Part shown: in pieces, positions 49,509 through 60,029 of the stretch
How the letters are laid out: each line of letters begins with the position of its first letter
How positions within the stretch are numbered: position 1 is the first letter of the stretch
Assembly: GCA_963756875.1 (NCBI GenBank)
Contig: CAVWPA010000003.1
Location: 480,001-544,000, forward strand
Source: an uncultured Verrucomicrobiae bacterium
GTDB taxonomy: Bacteria > Verrucomicrobiota > Verrucomicrobiia > Chthoniobacterales > UBA10450
Length of the DNA: 64,000 bases
Direction: 5' to 3'
Made by a program: the position numbers and the translations under genes
Notes under the pieces: generated by a model
Seen by the model: only the letters and a program-made list of their open reading frames with translations
Databases searched by the model: none
What the model was told of the DNA's origin: nothing

Positions 49509-50510
49509 ATGGCCGCGCGCATTTATACCAATAAAGATGCCGATATTGGCTGGTTGAAGCGAAAGACGTGCGCGGTTGTCGGGTTCGGTGCGCAAGGCCG
49601 GGCGCATGCGCTGAATTTGCGCGACAGCGGAATTACCGTCGTGGTCGGTCTTTATCGCGCGAGCAAGTCGCGGGCGAGCGCCCGCAGGAACGGACTGAAA
49701 GTGTTTGATACGTCGGACGCGGTTCGTCGTGGGGACGTTATTTTTCTGGCGGTGCCGGACACGAAGATGCCGGCTGTTTACGAGCGCGAGATTGCGCCAC
49801 ATTTACGGCCCGGCCAGACGCTCCTCTTCGCACACGGCTTCGCCATTTACTATCGAACGCTGGTTCCTCCCAGGGAGGTGGATGTTGTAATGGTGGCGCC
49901 CAAGGGGCTCGGACCGATGGTACGTCGCGAATTTGTATGCAACCGTGGCGTGCCGGCGCTCCTTGCGGTTCACCGGGATTTTAGCGGGCATGCGAAACAG
50001 GTTGCGCTGGCGTGGGCCAAGGGCATCGGATGCACGCGCGCGGGCGTAATTGAAACAACGTTTCGCGAGGAAACCGAGACCGATCTCTTCGGTGAGCAGG
50101 CTGTGCTCTGCGGTGGAACGAGCGAACTAATCCGCGCCGGATTTGAGACGCTCGTCAGCGCTGGGTACCCGCCCGAGCTCGCCTATTTTGAATGCCTCCA
50201 TGAGCTCAAATTCATTGTCGATCTGATCCATGAGGCGGGACTGAGTGGAATGCGGGCTCTTATTTCGGAGACGGCGAAGTGGGGCGAACTGACTGTTGGC
50301 CCAAAGATTATCGACGCCACTGTGCGGAAACGAATGGAACGCGCGCTTGATGAGATTCGTTCCGGAAAATTTGCGCGCGGATTTATCCGCGAAATGGAAA
50401 GCGGTCGAAAACGCTACGCGAAGCTGCTGCGCGCGGCCGACCATCATCCAATCGAGAAAATAGGGCGCAAATTGCGACGCCGAATGCTTTGGAAAACAAA
50501 AAACCGTTAG
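49509..50510 (+). CDS. ilvC: Ketol-acid reductoisomerase
   Basis: GFGAQGRAHALNLRDSG, FAHGF, MVAPKG, ETETDLFGEQAVLCGG, AYFECLHE. Confidence 0.96.
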   Translation: MAARIYTNKDADIGWLKRKTCAVVGFGAQGRAHALNLRDSGITVVVGLYRASKSRASARRNGLKVFDTSDAVRRGDVIFLAVPDTKMPAVYEREIAPHLRPGQTLLFAHGFAIYYRTLVPPREVDVVMVAPKGLGPMVRREFVCNRGVPALLAVHRDFSGHAKQVALAWAKGIGCTRAGVIETTFREETETDLFGEQAVLCGGTSELIRAGFETLVSAGYPPELAYFECLHELKFIVDLIHEAGLSGMRALISETAKWGELTVGPKIIDATVRKRMERALDEIRSGKFARGFIREMESGRKRYAKLLRAADHHPIEKIGRKLRRRMLWKTKNR

Positions 50511-50569
50511 CTGCCGTTACCTGCGAACGGCAACCTTCTCAGGCGAGAATGGTCTCGTCAAAAACCGTC

Positions 50570-50842
50570 TTACCTTGGGTAATTCCCAAGTATTTCAATC
50601 GGTAGTGCAGTGGTCGGTATCGGGCCGGCGAACCTGTCGCACGGCACCGGAACGCCGGAGACGCCGGAAATCACATAGCACACTTTTCGCACGGCCTTCT
50701 TGGCCTGTTGCGTTTTCTGTACCTGTGTCCCGTTGCTATCCGCTCCAGCAAACGCCGATGCGCAAAACGCCAGAGAGAGCGCGACGCTCACGCACCGAGT
50801 CGACCAACCACGCAACCCGCTGGGTCGCAATGTAGTAGTCAT
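50570..50842 (-). CDS. Small secreted protein with a Cys pair
   Basis: Signal (SVALSLAFCASAFA); C.VISG.SG.P.PC...IPTTA.P..ILG; fills the gap downstream of the TPR gene. Confidence 0.5.
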   Translation of the reverse strand: MTTTLRPSGLRGWSTRCVSVALSLAFCASAFAGADSNGTQVQKTQQAKKAVRKVCYVISGVSGVPVPCDRFAGPIPTTALPIEILGNYPR

Positions 50843-50901
50843 GGCTAAAATCTGCGCCTCTTCAGGCCCGGAAGCAAGGAAAAACGGCGACACCCGGAGG
50901 G

Positions 50902-53355
50902 CTATTCTTCCCAAAGAAAATGTTCCAGTCGAATATGATCGAGCCGTTGTTTTGCTTCCGCGCTCCGTGCGCCTCCGGCTGCAGCCAATTTCTGATAAAC
51001 TGTTACGGCCGATTGCCATTTCGCATCGTCTTCCAAGAGGCGACCAGCACTGAAACCCGCTTTATAAAACCAAAAGAGTTCGTGGGGGCGACTCGGAGGC
51101 CCTCCGTTCTCCAGAACTTTGTAGAACGCCGCCAACGCCGCCGGCCGCTCCGCCTCCTTTTCCAGGCACTCGCCCTTTTTGAAAAGCGCCTGATTGCGCC
51201 AGTGGGCCGCTCCGTCGCGATCAGCTGCGGCAAGTTGATCGTAAGATTCGATGGCGCGTTGATAGTTTTTGGGGTCGTTTACGCCCATCTCAAAAAAGAT
51301 GTCGCCTGTGCCGCAAAGTGCCTCGCGCTTTTCCGCCGGTCGCGCGTCTCCCTTCAAAACTTCGTCGTATAAGGCCAGAGCGTCCTGGGCCTTTCCCAGT
51401 TTACGCTCGATAACGGCCTGTTCATTTCGCGCGGCCCATTTGAGATCGCCATTCAGGTGAACAACGCGGTCGAAAAGAACGATCGCCTGCTCGAGCGAAT
51501 TGGCGCCCATGCTCGAAGCGGCGGATTTGGCTGCGAAGAAGAGGGCCTTCTCCGCAAGCACTCCTGTCGGATCCTGTTCGGCTAAAATCTCGAATTGAGT
51601 TTGCGCGTTTGCGAAATCCTGCCTGCGATAATAAGCCTCCGCCAGTTTCATCCGTACCGCCGGAACCAGGGCCGAAGTGCCGTGCTTGTGAAGAAAACGC
51701 TTGGCCAGTTCGATGACCTTGTCGCTACTGGCATCGGCCGCATCTTCAATCCAAATGGCGAGATAGTCGCCACGTTCTTCGGCTACCGGTGTTGGCTTGG
51801 ACGCGCGTGCCAGGTATTGACGGGCTTCGTCCAGTCGGGCCGGCGAGGCGTGAAACGCCAATTCGGCTAAAGCAACCCAGGCTTCCGATGCGCGTCTATT
51901 TTGAGGAAAGTCGCGCAGGAAATTTCGCAGCGAATCCGCCGCCTTTTGGTCGCCGTTTGCAGCCTGCAATAATCCTTCTTCCAGACGCAATTCAGCCTGC
52001 GATTCCTTGTCACCGCCTTTCTTTGCGAATTCCTGGTAGTCGGCGAGGAAATGGGTGTGATTTTCAAGCTGGAGCCAGCCCACGGACGCGTTGAACATCG
52101 ACATCGTCGCGAGCGGAGAAGAAGAATGAGCGATTTGCTCGAAACCGGCCGTCGCTGCGCCAAAGCGCCTGGCATGGTAGTCCGTTTCAGCGGCAAGCAG
52201 TTTGATTCGGTCGAGCACGGCGGATTCAGGCTTCAGGGCCTGCGCCTCGTTCAGGATTGCAAGCGCTTCATCAAAGCGCCGATCCTCGAGCTCGAGCCGC
52301 GCGAATTCGAGAAATGCCGGAGCCAGCGCAGCGGATTTAACGTCGCTGGCTCGTAAGGTGGTAAACGATCCAATCGCGCGTTCGCGATGCCCTGTCCGAA
52401 GCTCGTGGCGTGCGAGATACCATAGCGCAAATGCCTGCCTCGGCTGGGCCGGATCGTGCGTCCAGCGTTCCAATTCTCCGCGAGACGGTTTTCGCTCCGC
52501 GCGATAGAGCTCGTCCAATTTTGCAAAGACGCGCGCAAGGCCGGCATCGTGCGGATGATGTTCGATGAAATCCTCCAGCATGTCGTCGCCCCTCTCCGGC
52601 GTCTTTAATTGAAGATGCGCATCGGCAACGCCGAAGAGCGCAGCGAGCAGAATCGAGTGACTCGCGCCTCTGGGTTTGGTTAAGAGCGACTCGAAAAGCG
52701 GCACGGCGCGCCCGGGCCGGTGCAGAACCATTTCCAGGCGGCCACGCAGAAAGTGCCGTTCCTTCCTTTCAGCCAGGGACCCGGGCCTGATCTTATCGAG
52801 CAATCGGCGCGCGTTCGGGGCGTCGGACTTGTCGAGGTACAGTTCGACGGCGCGCAATCGGGCGCGCGTGTTCCATTGCCGATCGCGAAAGAGCGCGGAA
52901 AATCTTTGCAGCGCCTCGTCGTTTCGACCCAGGGCGCGCAACATTTCCCCCGCTCCGAAGATTGCAGCGGCGCGAAAGCCGGAACTTTCGTCGGCAAGCA
53001 GCTCTTCGTACAGCGGCAAAGCTTCGTTAGGCCGGCGCAGCATCACCAGCGCTTGTGCGCGCCAGAACTTTCCCGATGTCGTGTCGTGCAGGCGCGGATC
53101 CTGGAGCAGGTTGACGGCATTCGTTGGCTGGTGTGCCGCGATCAGTGCCTCGGCAAGTTTCTCGGCGACTGCGGCCCGCTCCTGGTCTGTCAGATTTTTG
53201 TTGAGCAAGTTTTGCAATCGCGTCACGGCCACTTCGGGGACCCCTTCTGCGAGAGGCTTCGCTGCTTGCGTCAACTCCGCCGAAGTCTGAGCACGCAGGA
53301 ATTGGGGCAGCAATGCGAGGAGTCCCGTAAGCCCGATGTATGCGATCCGCCTCAT
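50902..53355 (-). CDS. Large periplasmic TPR protein
   Basis: Signal peptide [19 protein letters not shown]-like helical repeats; start overlaps the uvrA stop. Confidence 0.8.
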   Translation of the reverse strand: MRRIAYIGLTGLLALLPQFLRAQTSAELTQAAKPLAEGVPEVAVTRLQNLLNKNLTDQERAAVAEKLAEALIAAHQPTNAVNLLQDPRLHDTTSGKFWRAQALVMLRRPNEALPLYEELLADESSGFRAAAIFGAGEMLRALGRNDEALQRFSALFRDRQWNTRARLRAVELYLDKSDAPNARRLLDKIRPGSLAERKERHFLRGRLEMVLHRPGRAVPLFESLLTKPRGASHSILLAALFGVADAHLQLKTPERGDDMLEDFIEHHPHDAGLARVFAKLDELYRAERKPSRGELERWTHDPAQPRQAFALWYLARHELRTGHRERAIGSFTTLRASDVKSAALAPAFLEFARLELEDRRFDEALAILNEAQALKPESAVLDRIKLLAAETDYHARRFGAATAGFEQIAHSSSPLATMSMFNASVGWLQLENHTHFLADYQEFAKKGGDKESQAELRLEEGLLQAANGDQKAADSLRNFLRDFPQNRRASEAWVALAELAFHASPARLDEARQYLARASKPTPVAEERGDYLAIWIEDAADASSDKVIELAKRFLHKHGTSALVPAVRMKLAEAYYRRQDFANAQTQFEILAEQDPTGVLAEKALFFAAKSAASSMGANSLEQAIVLFDRVVHLNGDLKWAARNEQAVIERKLGKAQDALALYDEVLKGDARPAEKREALCGTGDIFFEMGVNDPKNYQRAIESYDQLAAADRDGAAHWRNQALFKKGECLEKEAERPAALAAFYKVLENGGPPSRPHELFWFYKAGFSAGRLLEDDAKWQSAVTVYQKLAAAGGARSAEAKQRLDHIRLEHFLWEE

Positions 53356-56316
53356 TTTCTTTCCAGGAGCGGCTGTAGATACTTGCCAGTATGGCTTTCC
53401 GGAAGAGCGACAATCTCTTCCGGCGGCCCGGCGGCAATAACCATCCCGCCATGTTCGCCGCCTTCCGGACCGAGATCGACGATCCAGTCGGCGCATTTGA
53501 CCATCTCCAGGTTATGTTCGATCACGATGAGGGTATTCCCGGCGTCGCGTAATTTCATCAGCACCTGCAACAACTTCTCGATGTCGGCAAAATGCAGACC
53601 GGTGGTCGGCTCATCGAGAATGTAGATTGTCCGTCCTGTTGCCTTCTTCGCAAGTTCGGTTGCCAGTTTCACCCGTTGCGCTTCTCCCCCGGAAAGCGTC
53701 GTGCCGGCCTGGCCGAGTTGAAGATAACCAAGACCCACGTCGACCAGCGCATTTAATTTATCGGAGACGCTCGGCACGTTGCGGAAAAAACGGGCCGCCT
53801 CGTCAACCGTAAGATTGAGCACGTCGGCGATATTTTTTCCCTTGTAAGTAATCTCGAGCGTCTCGCGATTGTATCGCTGCCCGCGACAAACTTCGCATTG
53901 CACATAAACGTCCGGCAGAAAATGCATCTCGACTTTGATCAAGCCGCCGCCCCCGCAGTTCTCGCAGCGCCCGCCCTTTACATTGAAACTGAACCGGCCG
54001 GCATCGTAACCGCGCACGCGTGCAGCCGGAAGTTGGGCAAATAACTCGCGGATGGGTGCGAACGCGCCGGTGTACGTGACCGGATTGGAACGCGGCGTGC
54101 GTCCGATTGCGCTTTGATCGATCACGATCGCCTTGTCGATTTGTTCGACTCCGCGCAGCGCGCGATACGTGCCGGGTCTTTCCTTTGAATTGTAAAACCG
54201 GCGGAACAGCGCACGCCGCAAGATATCGTCGACGAGTGTGGACTTCCCGCTGCCGGAAACGCCGGTTACGCATGTGAAACAACCGAGCGGAAAAGCGACC
54301 TCGATGTCTTTCAAATTATTTTCCGATGCGCCTTCGATTACCAGCCAGCCTTCTTCGTTCTTCGTTTTTCGATTTCGGACCGAGCGCGGTTTGACGCGCA
54401 GTCTGGGAATCGGGATCCGGAGGCGTCCGGAGAGATAATCCGCGGTCAGCGAATTCTTCGCGTTCAAAATCTTTTCGAGTTTTCCCTGGGCCACGATTTC
54501 GCCGCCACGCGGTCCCGCGCCGGGGCCAAGATCGATGATATGGTCAGCGGCGCGGATTGTTTCTTCGTCGTGCTCGACCACAATGACGGAATTGCCAAGA
54601 TCGCGGAGACGCCGCAGGGTCCCGAGCAGGCGGGCGTTGTCGCGCTGATGCAACCCGATGCTCGGTTCGTCGAGAACGTAAAGCACGCCGGCGAGCCCGG
54701 ACCCGATCTGTGTGGCCAGGCGAATTCGTTGGGCTTCACCGCCGCTCAATGTGCCGCTTTCGCGATTGAGCGTGAGATAACCGAGGCCGACTTCGACCAG
54801 AAATTGCAGCCGCGATTGAATCTCGCGAAGGACGTCGGCAACGATCCGCTTTTGCTGCGCCGTTAGTTCGATGTGGTCGATGTAATGCGCCGCCGCTTCG
54901 ATCGTTTGTTCGCTGAACTGGTGAATGTTCAACTCGCGGCCGTGTCGATCCTTGATTGTGACGGCAAGAATCTCCGGCTTCAGCCGCGCGCCGCCGCAGG
55001 TTTTGCATGGCACCCGGGCCATGAAAGAGCGGATGCGATTGCGTGTGAACTCGCTACCGGTTTGCTCGTAGAGGCGTTGCATCTGCGGCACGAGGCCCTC
55101 AAACGGTTTGGCGAGTTTCTTTTCCCCCTCGCCGTCCAAATTCATTTCAATCGGATCGCCATTGGTGCCGAAATATAGCGCGTTCTTAAATGTATCGGGC
55201 AGGTCTGCAAACGGCACGTTGTCATCGATGTGAAAATGTTTCACCAGCGCGCCTTGCAAATGCCGGTAGTAAGCCTGCATTCGTTTCGTCCCTCGGCGCC
55301 ATGGCAAAACGGCGCCTTCGGCCAGACTCCGTTCCGGATCCGGAATCATTAGTTCCGGATCGCAAACCAGCTGCGTCCCAAGACCGTGACATGCCGGGCA
55401 GGCTCCAAAGTGACTGTTGAACGAAAAATGTTTCGGCGTGAGCTCGCCAAGAGTGAATCCGGTTTCCGCGTTGCCGTAATCGGTCGAATAACGCAGCTCC
55501 TCCCAACCTCCGACTGGTTTGGTGGAGTCTTGGAGCGATGGAGTATTGGCTTTTTCATTACTCCGTTTCTCCCTTACTCCATTACTCCGCTGCTCCCGCA
55601 GGTACAACGAGGCGGTTTCCTCCCCATTTCAGCGCGGTCTCTACGGAATCCGTCAAGCGAACGCGAACGCCGTCGCGCACAACGAGACGGTCCACCACCG
55701 CATCGATCGTGTGTCGCTCGTTCTTCTTCAGACGAATCGGTTCCGTGCGATCGAGTTCCACAAGTTGGCCGTCGAGACGCGCCCGGACAAATCCCTCCCG
55801 CCTGAGCTTTTCGATGACATCGCGGAATTCGCCGGTCTGATTTTGTACCAGCGGCGAGAGCAGAATAATTCTTGTTTCCGGCCCGTAGGCCAGGATTTGA
55901 TCGACAATTTGCTGCGGCGTTTGCCGATGAATGGCTTGGCCGGTGAGCGGATCGTGTGGCTGACCGATGGCCGAAAAAAGAACGCGCAGGTAATCGTAAA
56001 TTTCCGTGGTGGTCGCAATGGTCGACCGGGGATTTGCGCCGGCGCTGCGTTGCTCGATGGCGATGGCCGGGGAAAGCCCTTCGATAAAATCGACGTCGGG
56101 TTTTTCCATTCGGTCGAGGAACTGGCGGGCGTACGCCGAGAGGCTCTCCACGTAACGCCGTTGCCCTTCGGCGTATAGGGTATCGAAGGCGAGCGACGAT
56201 TTGCCGGAGCCGCTCAGGCCTGTGATCACGACCATCTTCTCACGCGGAACCTCCACGTGCAGATTTTTTAGATTGTGCTGGCGCGCACCACTGATCTTGA
56301 TAACTTCCGCAGGCAT
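53352..56316 (-). CDS. uvrA: Excinuclease ABC subunit A; one-base frameshift near 55603
   Basis: [40 protein letters not shown] (twice), [11 protein letters not shown]. Confidence 0.95.
55524..55596. repeat. Octamer-repeat palindromic element inside the uvrA coding region
   Basis: ggagtcttggagcgatggagtattg...ttactccattactccgctgctcc; encodes [24 protein letters not shown]. Confidence 0.75.
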
Positions 56317-56385
56317 CTTGACGACGAGTGTCGAACCTGTAAGTCAAGCACAGCAGCCCGTTTTCTCCAGCGAAAATCCCCGATT

Positions 56386-56652
56386 ATGAGTGACGCCGCC
56401 CGTAGCATTTCGTCCGAAGAGCTGGTTCAGCTCCAGAAGAAGTTCAGCGAGATCAAACACTCAATTAATAATGCGCTGGCCGTGATGATGGCGCTTTCGG
56501 AAATGTCGCAGCGCCGCCCCGATTACGCCGAAAAGCTCGCCACTGCCGTGCTGAGCAAGGCGCCTCAGATCGTTTCCAGTCTGCAGGAGTTTACCAAAGT
56601 CTTGAACGAAAAGGCCGGGAGCCAGGGCGGCGCTTCCGGCGCGGCCACGTAG
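56386..56652 (+). CDS. Stand-alone HisKA/DHp-like small protein
   Basis: H-box-like [18 protein letters not shown] in an 88-aa helical protein. Confidence 0.6.
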   Translation: MSDAARSISSEELVQLQKKFSEIKHSINNALAVMMALSEMSQRRPDYAEKLATAVLSKAPQIVSSLQEFTKVLNEKAGSQGGASGAAT

Positions 56653-56678
56653 CCGGGTCAAGAAATGCGCTGCAACCC

Positions 56679-57371
56679 ATGGATGCGGCCGGTAAGACCA
56701 TATTGATCGTCGAAGACGAACACGACGTTGTCGATCTTCTCAGCCTTAATTTGCGCAACGCAGGCGGTTTCGTCGTTTCAACCGCCAGGGACGGCGCAGC
56801 CGGCCTTACCAAGGCCCGCGCGGAAAAGCCTGCGTTCATTATTTTAGACCTGATGCTGCCGAAAATGCCGGGCCTGGAAGTTTGCAAACTTCTCAAGAGC
56901 GATCCGGCAACGCGCCATATTCCGATCATGATGTTGACGGCGAAAGCGGAGGAGATCGATCGCATCGTTGGTCTGGAGTTCGGCGCTGATGACTATGTGA
57001 CCAAGCCATTCAGTCCGCGCGAGGTTGTCCTGCGGATTCGCGCCATCTTGCGGCGCGGCGATGGCAAGCCGGAAGACGAACGCCTCACTGCGGGTCCGAT
57101 TACAATCGATCCGGCGCGCCATGAAGTTTCCGTGGGAGGAAAACGCGTTGCTCTAACCAGCATCGAATTTAAGCTTCTGCGCACACTGATGCAGCGACGC
57201 GGACGTGTTCAGGCGCGCGATCGGTTACTGAACGAGGTTTGGGGTTACGAGAGCGTGATCGACACGCGGACCGTCGATACCCATGTCCGGCGTCTCCGCG
57301 AAAAGCTCGGCAAAGCAGGCGATACCATCGAAACCGTGCGCGGTTTCGGATATCGTTTGCGGGAAAAGTAA
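56679..57371 (+). CDS. phoB: OmpR/PhoB-family response regulator
   Basis: Receiver plus winged helix (RTVDTHVRRLREK, TVRGFGY); context upstream of pst. Confidence 0.88.
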   Translation: MDAAGKTILIVEDEHDVVDLLSLNLRNAGGFVVSTARDGAAGLTKARAEKPAFIILDLMLPKMPGLEVCKLLKSDPATRHIPIMMLTAKAEEIDRIVGLEFGADDYVTKPFSPREVVLRIRAILRRGDGKPEDERLTAGPITIDPARHEVSVGGKRVALTSIEFKLLRTLMQRRGRVQARDRLLNEVWGYESVIDTRTVDTHVRRLREKLGKAGDTIETVRGFGYRLREK

Positions 57372-57377
57372 GCGCGG

Positions 57378-58658
57378 ATGTCCTGGATTCTGCTCAGCGC
57401 CATTGTTGCAGTGACGATTGCATTCTCGCTGGTTGCCTGGCGGAAGTGGATCGCGCCCTGGCGGCAAATCGAACGACTTGTTAGGCAAGTCAGCAACCGT
57501 GAACGGCCGGGGACTTTTCTTGTCGACGGCGGCAGGCGACCACAGCGCGTGGGCCTGGCATTGGAAAATATTTTAAACCGCCAACTGGAACTCGATAGGC
57601 AGTTAGCCGAACGCGCCGCTGGCGTGGAAACCATCTTCGCCGCAATGCAGGATGGTTTGTTAGTGGTCGATGCGCGCCGGCAAATCACGCTGGTTAACCA
57701 GACGTTGCGGAGCCTTTTTGCGCCGCGCGAGTTCGCCCTGGGCGCGCCGCTGCTTGACGCGATGCGCGATGCAACCGTAGACCAAGCCATTGCCGAAGCG
57801 CTGCGCACGGGCGAGGCGAGGCATGCCGAGCTGACATTTTCCGACGGACAAGCCGGTCCCAGTCGCCATTTGCAGGTGAGCGCGGTGCCGATGAAAAGCG
57901 ATCAGGGCGAAATCAGCGGCGCAGTCGTTTTGTTCCATGACATCACGGGACTCAAGCGCGCGGACCAGATCCGGAGTGATTTTGTCGCCAACGTTTCACA
58001 CGAACTGCGTACTCCGCTGGCGATCCTGCGCGGGTACATCGAGACGTTGCTCGATAATCCGGAGACTTCGCCGGATGAGCGGACGCGTATTCTCGAAGTG
58101 ATGGAACGCCATTCCAAACGACTCGGGCTGCTTGTCGAGGACCTCCTTGCTCTTGCGCGCTTGGAGTCGCCCAATCCCAGTCTGCAATGGAGCGAGGTCG
58201 ATCTCTCGACGGTATTTGAAGAAGTCGTTCGCGACTGGGAAAAGAAATTCGCGGAGAAACAACTGAAGATAATTGTCAATATTAAGGCGGATGAACCAAA
58301 AATCTGCGCCGACGAAGCGCGCTTACACGAGATTCTGTATAATCTGTTCGATAACGCTGTGAAATACTCGCGACAAAACGGCGAGATTCGTCTTCAGGCA
58401 GAAAGGCGCGATGGTGAGATGGCGCTGACTGTAAGCGACAGCGGTGCGGGGATTGGCAAGGACGATTTGCCGCGCGTCTTTGAGCGATTTTATCGCGCGG
58501 ATAAGGCGCGGAGTCGCGAACTGGGTGGAACCGGCCTCGGATTGTCGATCGTGAAACATATCGCGCAACTGCATGGCGGACGCGTCGAAGCCGAAAGTGG
58601 CCTCGGACAAGGAACGACGATCCGCGTGATATTGCCGGTCGATTCGACGAAGGTTTAA
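57378..58658 (+). CDS. phoR: Phosphate regulon sensor kinase
   Basis: PAS domain, FVANVSHELRTPL, NAVKY, FERFYR.DKARSR..GGTGLGL. Confidence 0.9.
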   Translation: MSWILLSAIVAVTIAFSLVAWRKWIAPWRQIERLVRQVSNRERPGTFLVDGGRRPQRVGLALENILNRQLELDRQLAERAAGVETIFAAMQDGLLVVDARRQITLVNQTLRSLFAPREFALGAPLLDAMRDATVDQAIAEALRTGEARHAELTFSDGQAGPSRHLQVSAVPMKSDQGEISGAVVLFHDITGLKRADQIRSDFVANVSHELRTPLAILRGYIETLLDNPETSPDERTRILEVMERHSKRLGLLVEDLLALARLESPNPSLQWSEVDLSTVFEEVVRDWEKKFAEKQLKIIVNIKADEPKICADEARLHEILYNLFDNAVKYSRQNGEIRLQAERRDGEMALTVSDSGAGIGKDDLPRVFERFYRADKARSRELGGTGLGLSIVKHIAQLHGGRVEAESGLGQGTTIRVILPVDSTKV

Positions 58659-58911
58659 CCGCGTAATTTTTCGCGGTGAAACGTCGCCACGACTCGAGGA
58701 ACAAGAGCTTTATCTGGCTGAAGTATCCCGGCAAATCCCGAAAGGATTACTCCAGGAGCGCTCGTTAGGCTTGACTGCTTAAAGCAGTCAAGCCGAGTAT
58801 GCAGTCTCGAGCAGATGCGTAGGGGAAGGTTGGCGCAGACCCGTAAAACTGGCTCGTTTCCCAATCCACCGAACCGCGTGTAGTCCACTTCGCGAGCTTC
58901 ACCAGCGCTGG

Positions 58912-58933
58912 TCGTCACACAAACGTAACATTA
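58912..58933 (+). promoter_or_regulatory. Pho box
   Basis: 11-bp-spaced repeats GTCACAC-aaac-GTAACAT upstream of pstS. Confidence 0.7.
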
Positions 58934-58978
58934 AAAATTTTGACGCTTCCGAGCCGACTGCGGCAGGCTCGAAGTCAT

Positions 58979-59998
58979 ATGAAATCTCTCACATTCGGCC
59001 GCAAAATTTTAGCGAGCATGCTGCTTGTCGGAATCAGCGCGACAGCCTCAGCGCAGATGACGATCAACGGCGCTGGCGCCACGTTTCCTTACCCGATCTA
59101 CTCCAAGTGGTTCGACGAATACGCCAAAGTGGATCCCTCCGTCCGGTTCAATTATCAGTCAATCGGCTCTGGCGGTGGCCAGAAGCAGATCCTCGCTCAG
59201 ACTGTCGATTTTGGAGCGTCCGACGGGCCGATGAGCGATGCGAACCTGGCGAAAGCTCCCGGAAAGTTACTGCACATCCCGACGGTCGCCGGGGCGGTCG
59301 TTATAACTTCCAATTTGCCGGGGAATCCGACTTTGAAACTGGATGGAGAAACCATCGCCGATATCTTTCTTGGGAAGATCAAGAAATGGAACGATCCAGG
59401 ATTGACCGCACTGAATCCGGGCGTCAGTCTGCCCGATCAGGCAATCGTGGTTGTACATCGTTCGGATGGCAGCGGAACGACCTTCATTTTCACAGATTAT
59501 CTGAGCAAAGTGAGCCCGGAGTGGAAACAGAAGGTTGGCAACAACACCTCGGTAAATTGGCCGACCGGTCTGGGCGGTAAGGGCAACGAAGGTGTATCGG
59601 GTCAAGTGAAACAGACACCGGGTTCAATCGGCTATGTGGAATTGATTTACGCAATCCAAAACAAAATGCCCTACGCGGATTTGAAAAATGCCGCCGGGGA
59701 ATACGTTAAAGCGAGCCTGGAATCGGTGACGGCAGCCATGGCTACGGCGAACGTTCCGGACGATTTCCGCTTTTCCATGACGAATGCGCCCGGGAAGGAC
59801 GCGTATCCGATCGCCGGCGCCACCTGGCTGCTCGTTTATCAGAACCAGAAGGATGCGACAAAAGGGAAAAAACTGGTGGAGTTTTTGAGATGGGCGGAAA
59901 CCAAAGGCGAACAAATGGCCAAGGATCTCGATTACGCCCCGCTGCCTGAGAATCTTCAGGAGCGCGTGTTGAAACGCATTTCGGAAATCAAATATTGA
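58979..59998 (+). CDS. pstS: Phosphate ABC transporter substrate-binding protein
   Basis: GAGATFP, YQSIGSGGG, DFGASD, RSDGSGTT. Confidence 0.96.
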   Translation: MKSLTFGRKILASMLLVGISATASAQMTINGAGATFPYPIYSKWFDEYAKVDPSVRFNYQSIGSGGGQKQILAQTVDFGASDGPMSDANLAKAPGKLLHIPTVAGAVVITSNLPGNPTLKLDGETIADIFLGKIKKWNDPGLTALNPGVSLPDQAIVVVHRSDGSGTTFIFTDYLSKVSPEWKQKVGNNTSVNWPTGLGGKGNEGVSGQVKQTPGSIGYVELIYAIQNKMPYADLKNAAGEYVKASLESVTAAMATANVPDDFRFSMTNAPGKDAYPIAGATWLLVYQNQKDATKGKKLVEFLRWAETKGEQMAKDLDYAPLPENLQERVLKRISEIKY

Positions 59999-60029
59999 GT
60001 CCTGGGCCGCTACCGGCCCTTTACCCGTT

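Noticed and set aside
21371..56178. Long antisense ORFs (e.g. 21371-22312, 30268-31170, 52720-53625, 55519-56178)
   Set aside because: Shadow ORFs opposite conserved GC-rich genes, with no recognisable motifs.
58728..58762. c-di-GMP-I riboswitch (GGCAAA-tcc-cGAAA-gga)
   Set aside because: The following GACGCAAAGC core and P3 are missing.
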